Shown: positions 32,803 through 37,211 of the stretch, piece by piece
Layout: each line of letters starts with the position of its first letter
How positions within the stretch are numbered: the stretch's first letter is position 1
NCBI GenBank assembly: GCA_036499185.1
Contig: DASYEF010000180.1
Coordinates: 1-37,211 of the forward strand
Length of the DNA: 37,211 nt
Origin: Actinomycetes bacterium
Lineage (GTDB): Bacteria > Actinomycetota > Actinomycetes > JACCUZ01
Direction of reading: 5' to 3'
Notes under the pieces: generated by a model
What the model was told of the DNA's origin: nothing
Database searches by the model: none
Seen by the model: only the letters and a program-made list of their open reading frames with translations
Made by a program: the position numbers and the translations under genes

Positions 32803-34034
32803 GCGTGCGGGCTCTGCTGCGCCATCGGTCGTATGTCGCGCTGCTCAGCGGCCGGACCGTCTCCATGGCCGGCAACGCCATGGCGAGCATCGCGGTCGCC
32901 TTCGCGGTGCTCGACCTCACCGGTTCGGCAACGGCCCTCGGGTTGGTCCTGGCGGCGCGCAGCCTCCCCCAGGTCGTGTTCATCCTCCTGGGCGGCGTCA
33001 TCTCCGACCGGCTGCCGCGGCACCTGGTGCTTGTCGTCACCAGCGTCGTCAGCGGGCTGACCCAGGCCCTAGCCGCAGGTCTGGTGCTGTCCGGGCACGC
33101 GTCGGTCGGCTGGCTCGCCGCCCTGGGCGCGATCAACGGGGCGTCGTCGGCGTTCGTCTTTCCTGCCACCGCGGGTCTGCTGCCACGGACCGTGCCGCTC
33201 GACCAGCTGCAGACGGCCAACGTCGTGCTGCGGATGTCCAGCACGAGTGCGCAGATCGCCGGCGTCGCCGGTGGCGGCGCGTTGGTCGCGGCGTTCGGGT
33301 CGGGCTGGGGGCTGGCCGCGGACGCGGTGTCGTTCCTCGTGGCCGCCGGTTGCTTCGCCCTGGTGCGGATCGATCCGCACGAGCGGCTCGAGTCCAGCAA
33401 CGTGCTCGTCGAGCTGCGGGACGGGTGGTCGGCGTTCCGCTCCCGCACCTGGCTGTGGGTCGTCGTCCTCGCGTTCGGGATCATCAACGCGATGCAGGCC
33501 GCGGGCTTCAACACCCTCGGTCCGAAGATCGCCGACGACAGCTTCGGGCGGCAGGGCTGGGGTTTCGTCCTCGCGGCCGATACGGCCGGTGCGTTCCTCT
33601 CCGGTCTCGTCCTGCTCCGGGTGCGCTTCCGCCGTCCGCTCTTCGTGGGCATGCTCGGCGTGCTCGTCTGGTCACCTCTGATGCTGGTGCTCGCCTCGGA
33701 GCCCGCGGTGATCCTGATCGTGGTCGCGGCGTTCGTCGGTGGGGCCGGCCTCGAGCTGTTCGGGGTCGGGTGGGACCTGTCGATGCAGCAGCATGTGCCG
33801 CCCGAGCTGTTGAGCCGGGTCTACGCCTACGACGGGCTGGGGTCGATCCTGGCGATCCCGGTGGGCCAGGCGCTCGCGGGGCCGGCGGCCGCCTGGCTGG
33901 GGGTGCAGGAGGCGGTGGTGCTCTGCGCGGTCGTCATCATGGTGGTCAGCCTCGTCACGATTGCTGTTCCGGCGGTTCGCCGGCTTCAGCGCACCGATCT
34001 CGACCAGTCGGCGACCGAGCCCGTCAGGGCGTGA
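32799..34034 (+). CDS. MFS transporter
   Basis: GTG 32799 overlaps the upstream TGA. There are 12 hydrophobic segments, and GGVISDRLPRH matches the MFS loop 2-3 motif. Confidence 0.85.
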   Translation: MSVRALLRHRSYVALLSGRTVSMAGNAMASIAVAFAVLDLTGSATALGLVLAARSLPQVVFILLGGVISDRLPRHLVLVVTSVVSGLTQALAAGLVLSGHASVGWLAALGAINGASSAFVFPATAGLLPRTVPLDQLQTANVVLRMSSTSAQIAGVAGGGALVAAFGSGWGLAADAVSFLVAAGCFALVRIDPHERLESSNVLVELRDGWSAFRSRTWLWVVVLAFGIINAMQAAGFNTLGPKIADDSFGRQGWGFVLAADTAGAFLSGLVLLRVRFRRPLFVGMLGVLVWSPLMLVLASEPAVILIVVAAFVGGAGLELFGVGWDLSMQQHVPPELLSRVYAYDGLGSILAIPVGQALAGPAAAWLGVQEAVVLCAVVIMVVSLVTIAVPAVRRLQRTDLDQSATEPVRA

Positions 34035-34806
34035 GCCGACGCAGCACCTCGTCGTGCAGGTGACCGTTGGTCGCCACGGCGCTGCCGCCGGCCGGTCCCT
34101 CGCCACCCGCCAGGTCGGTGAACCGCCCCCCGGCCTCGGTGACCACGATCGACGGCGCGGCCAGGTCGTGCAGCGCGACCTGCGGCTCGGCGGCGACGTC
34201 GACGGCGCCATCGGCCACCAGCATGTAGTTCCAGAAGTCGCCGTACGCGCGGGTCCGCCAGACGTCACGGGTCAGCCCGAGGAACGCCTTCTCGCGGCCG
34301 ACGTCATGCCAGCCGGACAGGCTGGAGTAGGACAAGGACGCGTCCGCCAGGTCGCCGACCTTCGAGACCGACATCCGGCTGGCCGCCGCGAGGCTCTTCC
34401 CGGTCCACGCGCCGGACCCGGTGCCCGCCCACCACCGCCGGCCGAGGGCCGGGGCGCTGACCAGACCGGCGACGACCAGGTCGCCGTCCATCAGCGCGAT
34501 CAGGGTCGCCCAGACGGGCACGCCGCGGACGAAGTTCTTGGTCCCGTCGATCGGGTCGAGGACCCAGCGGCGGGGGCCGTGCCCCGTCTCGCCGTACTCC
34601 TCGCCGATCACCGCGTCGCGCGGTCGGGCCCGCGACAGGGTCGACCGGATCGACTCCTCAGCGCCCTTGTCGGCGTCCGAGACGGGGGTGAGATCCGGCT
34701 TGGTCTCGACGACGAGGTCGAGGGCACGGAAGCGGGACATGGTGAACGAGTCCGCGGCGTCGGCGAGCACGTGGGCGAGGCGGAGGTCGTCGTCATACGA
34801 CGGCAT
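34024..34806 (-). CDS. hisN: histidinol-phosphatase of the inositol-monophosphatase family (HisN-type)
   Basis: KPDLTPVSDADKGAEE, WVLDPIDGTKNF and WATLIAL are IMPase-fold motifs. The N-terminus DLRLAHVLADAAD is typical of actinobacterial HisN. IMPase/SuhB cannot be excluded. Confidence 0.75.
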   Translation of the reverse strand: MPSYDDDLRLAHVLADAADSFTMSRFRALDLVVETKPDLTPVSDADKGAEESIRSTLSRARPRDAVIGEEYGETGHGPRRWVLDPIDGTKNFVRGVPVWATLIALMDGDLVVAGLVSAPALGRRWWAGTGSGAWTGKSLAAASRMSVSKVGDLADASLSYSSLSGWHDVGREKAFLGLTRDVWRTRAYGDFWNYMLVADGAVDVAAEPQVALHDLAAPSIVVTEAGGRFTDLAGGEGPAGGSAVATNGHLHDEVLRRLTP

Positions 34807-34870
34807 GTAACGAACCGTACAAGTCTCTAGCCGTACTTCAGGTCAGCGCCGCATACTTCCGATCATCACC

Positions 34871-35335
34871 GTGACCCGGTGCCGCAAGGCGCACGAGCGA
34901 TCGGGGGAGGTCCCGTCGATGTCGATGTCTCGAGCGATGTCCCGGCACATGACGTTGCCGATGTTCCGACGCCGGCTGCCCGAGGTCGCCCTGGAACCCG
35001 CGCCGATCCCCGTTCCCCGGTTCAGCATCGACGGCTGGACCTTCGACGGGACTCCCGAGATGGCCCGCCTGGCCACCCTCTCCCGCGCCGACGTGCGCGA
35101 GCTCGAGACCCTGCTCCACGAGGTAGCGAGCCAGGCGGACACGCCCTACACCTACGAGCGCGCGGCGGTCCTGCTCGAACGGGCCGGCGAGGCAGCCCCG
35201 GCCATGTCGGTCTGCGACGCCTGGCTCGCGCATCCGGGGGCCAGCTGGCCGGAGTACGCCGCGCCGACCCGCACCATCCAACGGCACCGGGCTCGACTGC
35301 GGTCCCGCCTGTCCGCACCCACCGGCAGCCGGTGA
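34871..35335 (+). CDS. hypothetical protein
   Basis: High third-position GC across the whole ORF. The start is uncertain because several in-frame ATGs follow GTG 34871. The stop overlaps the next start (GTGA). No family recognised. Confidence 0.5.
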   Translation: MTRCRKAHERSGEVPSMSMSRAMSRHMTLPMFRRRLPEVALEPAPIPVPRFSIDGWTFDGTPEMARLATLSRADVRELETLLHEVASQADTPYTYERAAVLLERAGEAAPAMSVCDAWLAHPGASWPEYAAPTRTIQRHRARLRSRLSAPTGSR

Positions 35336-35619
35336 CCGTGGGGGAGCGTCAGCCCCCCGATGACGTGGTGCTGGGCCGGTTCATGCCGGCCGGGCGGATC
35401 GACCAGATGCCGGCCCGGCGCAGCCGGCGGCTCGTGGTGCTCGACCACGTCTCGCACGCCTTCGAGCCCGGCCGCCGGTACGCCGAGGCGGAGGTCGACG
35501 TGGTGCTGCGCGCCTTCTTCGACGACTACGCGGCCCTGCGCCGCTACCTGGTGGACGAGGGCTTCCTGACCCGTAAGGGAGGCGTCTACTGGCGATCAGG
35601 CGGGAGCGTCGAGCTCTGA
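35332..35619 (+). CDS. DUF2087-like small protein
   Basis: GRIDQMPARRSRRLVVLDHVSHAFEPGRRYAEAEVDVVLRAFFDDYAALRRYLVDEGFLTR resembles the DUF2087 domain usually attached to HTH regulators. Confidence 0.6.
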   Translation: MTVGERQPPDDVVLGRFMPAGRIDQMPARRSRRLVVLDHVSHAFEPGRRYAEAEVDVVLRAFFDDYAALRRYLVDEGFLTRKGGVYWRSGGSVEL

Positions 35620-36615
35620 GGTCCGGTCCTCGTCGGGAGCGGGCTCCCGGCTGCGCAGCAGGCGACGCAGCGAAGCGAGCCGGGCCGGGCTGCTGTGCCC
35701 GGCAGCCACCCAGTCGTCCAGGGCGCACTCCGGCTCGTCGTGGGTGCACGACCGCGGGCAGTCGGCGGTCCCCGGTTCCAGGTCGGGGAAGGCGTGGATG
35801 ACCCGGGCCAGGTCGACGTGGGCCAGCCCGAAGCTGCGCAGCCCGGGTGTGTCGATGACCCACCCCCCGTCAGCCAGCTCGAGGGCCAGGGCCGAGGACG
35901 ACGTGTGCCGGCCCCGGCCGGTGACCGCGTTGACTCCGCCGGTGGCCCGGCCGGCGCCAGGCACGAGTGCGTTGACGATCGTCGACTTGCCGACGCCGGA
36001 GGACCCCACCAGCACGCTGACCCGCCCGCGCAGGTGCTCGCGCAGGTCGTCGAGCGGCTGGTCGCGCCGGACCACCACGTGGGCGACGTCGAGCGCCCGG
36101 TAGTTCTCGAGTAGGGCGTCGGGAATGGCCAGGTCGGACTTCGTGAGGCAGAGCAACGGATCGAGCCGGGCGTCGTACGCCGCGACGAGGCAGCGGTCGA
36201 TGAGGCGCGGCTGCGGCTCCGGGTCGGCCAACGCGACGACGACGACCAGCTGGTCGGCGTTCGCCACGATGACCCGCTCCACCGGGTCGTCGTCGTCCGC
36301 GGTCCGGCGCAGTGTCGACCGGCGGGGTTCGACACGCACCACGCGGGCCAGCGTGTCCGTCGTACCGCTGACGTCGCCGACGAGGGCGACCCGGTCGCCG
36401 ACGACCACCGCTCGGCGGCCCAGCTCGCGGGCCTTCATGGCGACGACCTCGTGGTCGCCGACGCGCGCGGTCAGCCGGCCGCGATCGACGGTGACGACCA
36501 TGCCCTCGGTGGCGTCCTCGTGCTGAGGCCGTTCCTTGGTGCGGGGCCGCGTCCCACGACCGGGACGGATCCGCACGTCGTCCTCGTCCAGGTCGCGCCG
36601 TCGCGACGGCGTCAC
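35596..36615 (-). CDS. rsgA: ribosome small-subunit-dependent GTPase A
   Basis: P-loop [14 protein letters not shown], the circularly permuted GTPase order (LTKSDL before the P-loop), and a C-terminal zinc motif C..C.H....C. GTG 36615 overlaps the aroA TGA. GTG 36642 is the alternative listed start. Confidence 0.85.
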   Translation of the reverse strand: MTPSRRRDLDEDDVRIRPGRGTRPRTKERPQHEDATEGMVVTVDRGRLTARVGDHEVVAMKARELGRRAVVVGDRVALVGDVSGTTDTLARVVRVEPRRSTLRRTADDDDPVERVIVANADQLVVVVALADPEPQPRLIDRCLVAAYDARLDPLLCLTKSDLAIPDALLENYRALDVAHVVVRRDQPLDDLREHLRGRVSVLVGSSGVGKSTIVNALVPGAGRATGGVNAVTGRGRHTSSSALALELADGGWVIDTPGLRSFGLAHVDLARVIHAFPDLEPGTADCPRSCTHDEPECALDDWVAAGHSSPARLASLRRLLRSREPAPDEDRTSELDAPA

Positions 36616-37211
36616 GAGCCGGCCGCCAGCATCTCGGTCCACAGCTGCACGAAGCCGGGCAGTGTCTTGGCGGTGGTCCCGATGTCGACGACGGTGATGC
36701 CGTCGACGCAGAGCCCGAGCACCGCTGCCATCGTCGCGAGCCGGTGGTCGTCGTACGTCGACACCGTGCCCGCGGTGAGGGGTCGCGGCCGCACCTCGAT
36801 GCCGTCCTCGGTCTCGCGGACGTCGCCGCCCAGCACGGTGATCTCGTGCGCCATCGCGGCGATCCGGTCCGTCTCGTGGTGGCGCAGGTGGCCGATCCCG
36901 CGCAGCCTGGAGGGTGTCGACGCGAGTGCCGCGATGGCTGCCAGCGTCGGGGCGAGCTCCCCGACGGCGCCGAGGTCGAGGTCGGCGCCCACGAGCCGGT
37001 CCGGCCCGGTGACGGTGAGGGCGTCGACGTCCTGCTCCACGGTGACCCCGAACCGCGGCAGCAGCTCACGCAGGGCGTCGCCGGCCTGCGACGTCCGCAG
37101 CGGCCACCCCGGGACGGTCACCCGGCCGCCGGTGACCGCGGCGGCGGCGAGGAACGGCGCGGCGTTGGAGAGGTCCGGCTCGATCTGGATCCGGCCGAGG
37201 TGGACCGGCCC
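36612..37211 (-). CDS. aroA: 3-phosphoshikimate 1-carboxyvinyltransferase (EPSP synthase), C-terminal part (5' end outside the window)
   Basis: The frame is open to the right edge. [25 protein letters not shown] and [14 protein letters not shown] are EPSP synthase C-terminal blocks. Confidence 0.85.
   Translation of the reverse strand, partial: GPVHLGRIQIEPDLSNAAPFLAAAAVTGGRVTVPGWPLRTSQAGDALRELLPRFGVTVEQDVDALTVTGPDRLVGADLDLGAVGELAPTLAAIAALASTPSRLRGIGHLRHHETDRIAAMAHEITVLGGDVRETEDGIEVRPRPLTAGTVSTYDDHRLATMAAVLGLCVDGITVVDIGTTAKTLPGFVQLWTEMLAAGS

Overview
This is a very GC-rich, gene-dense chromosomal segment from a high-GC actinobacterium. Supporting context: aroA-rsgA-hisN neighbourhood, Ku, ROK glucokinase, WS/DGAT-type acyltransferase, and frequent GTG starts with 4-nt GTGA start/stop overlaps. 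I can support 40 conventional protein-coding genes (two cut by the window edges) plus one short candidate ORF. Content is mostly housekeeping and accessory metabolism: oxidoreductases, hydrolases, an acyl-CoA oxidase, and three monovalent-cation transport genes. Several membrane proteins of unknown function are also present. All product calls come from motif recognition by eye on the supplied translations; no database search was possible. I saw no rRNA, tRNA, CRISPR array, transposase, integrase or recognisable phage-defence gene. Most long alternative-frame ORFs in the track are high-GC artefacts (Arg/Pro/Gly-rich, antisense to well-supported genes). The one stretch the genes do not explain is the 620-bp gap between two convergent genes (26046-26665). 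It contains a Shine-Dalgarno-preceded 33-codon ORF with coding-like codon bias, an 80-nt inverted repeat with a 21-bp stem, a second interrupted hairpin, and a ~74-nt tandem duplication of the amidohydrolase 3' end. This is my best candidate for something undescribed (small protein and/or structured RNA or element scar), but I cannot assign it a function. Secondary points of interest:
- an operon of membrane proteins that includes a protein built from in-phase 27-nt (nonapeptide) repeats, translationally coupled to an RDD protein;
- three unusual domain fusions: WS/DGAT-GNAT, CPA1 antiporter with zf-UBP, and NhaA with a thioredoxin-fold domain;
- a compositionally atypical two-gene segment at about 22850-24060.
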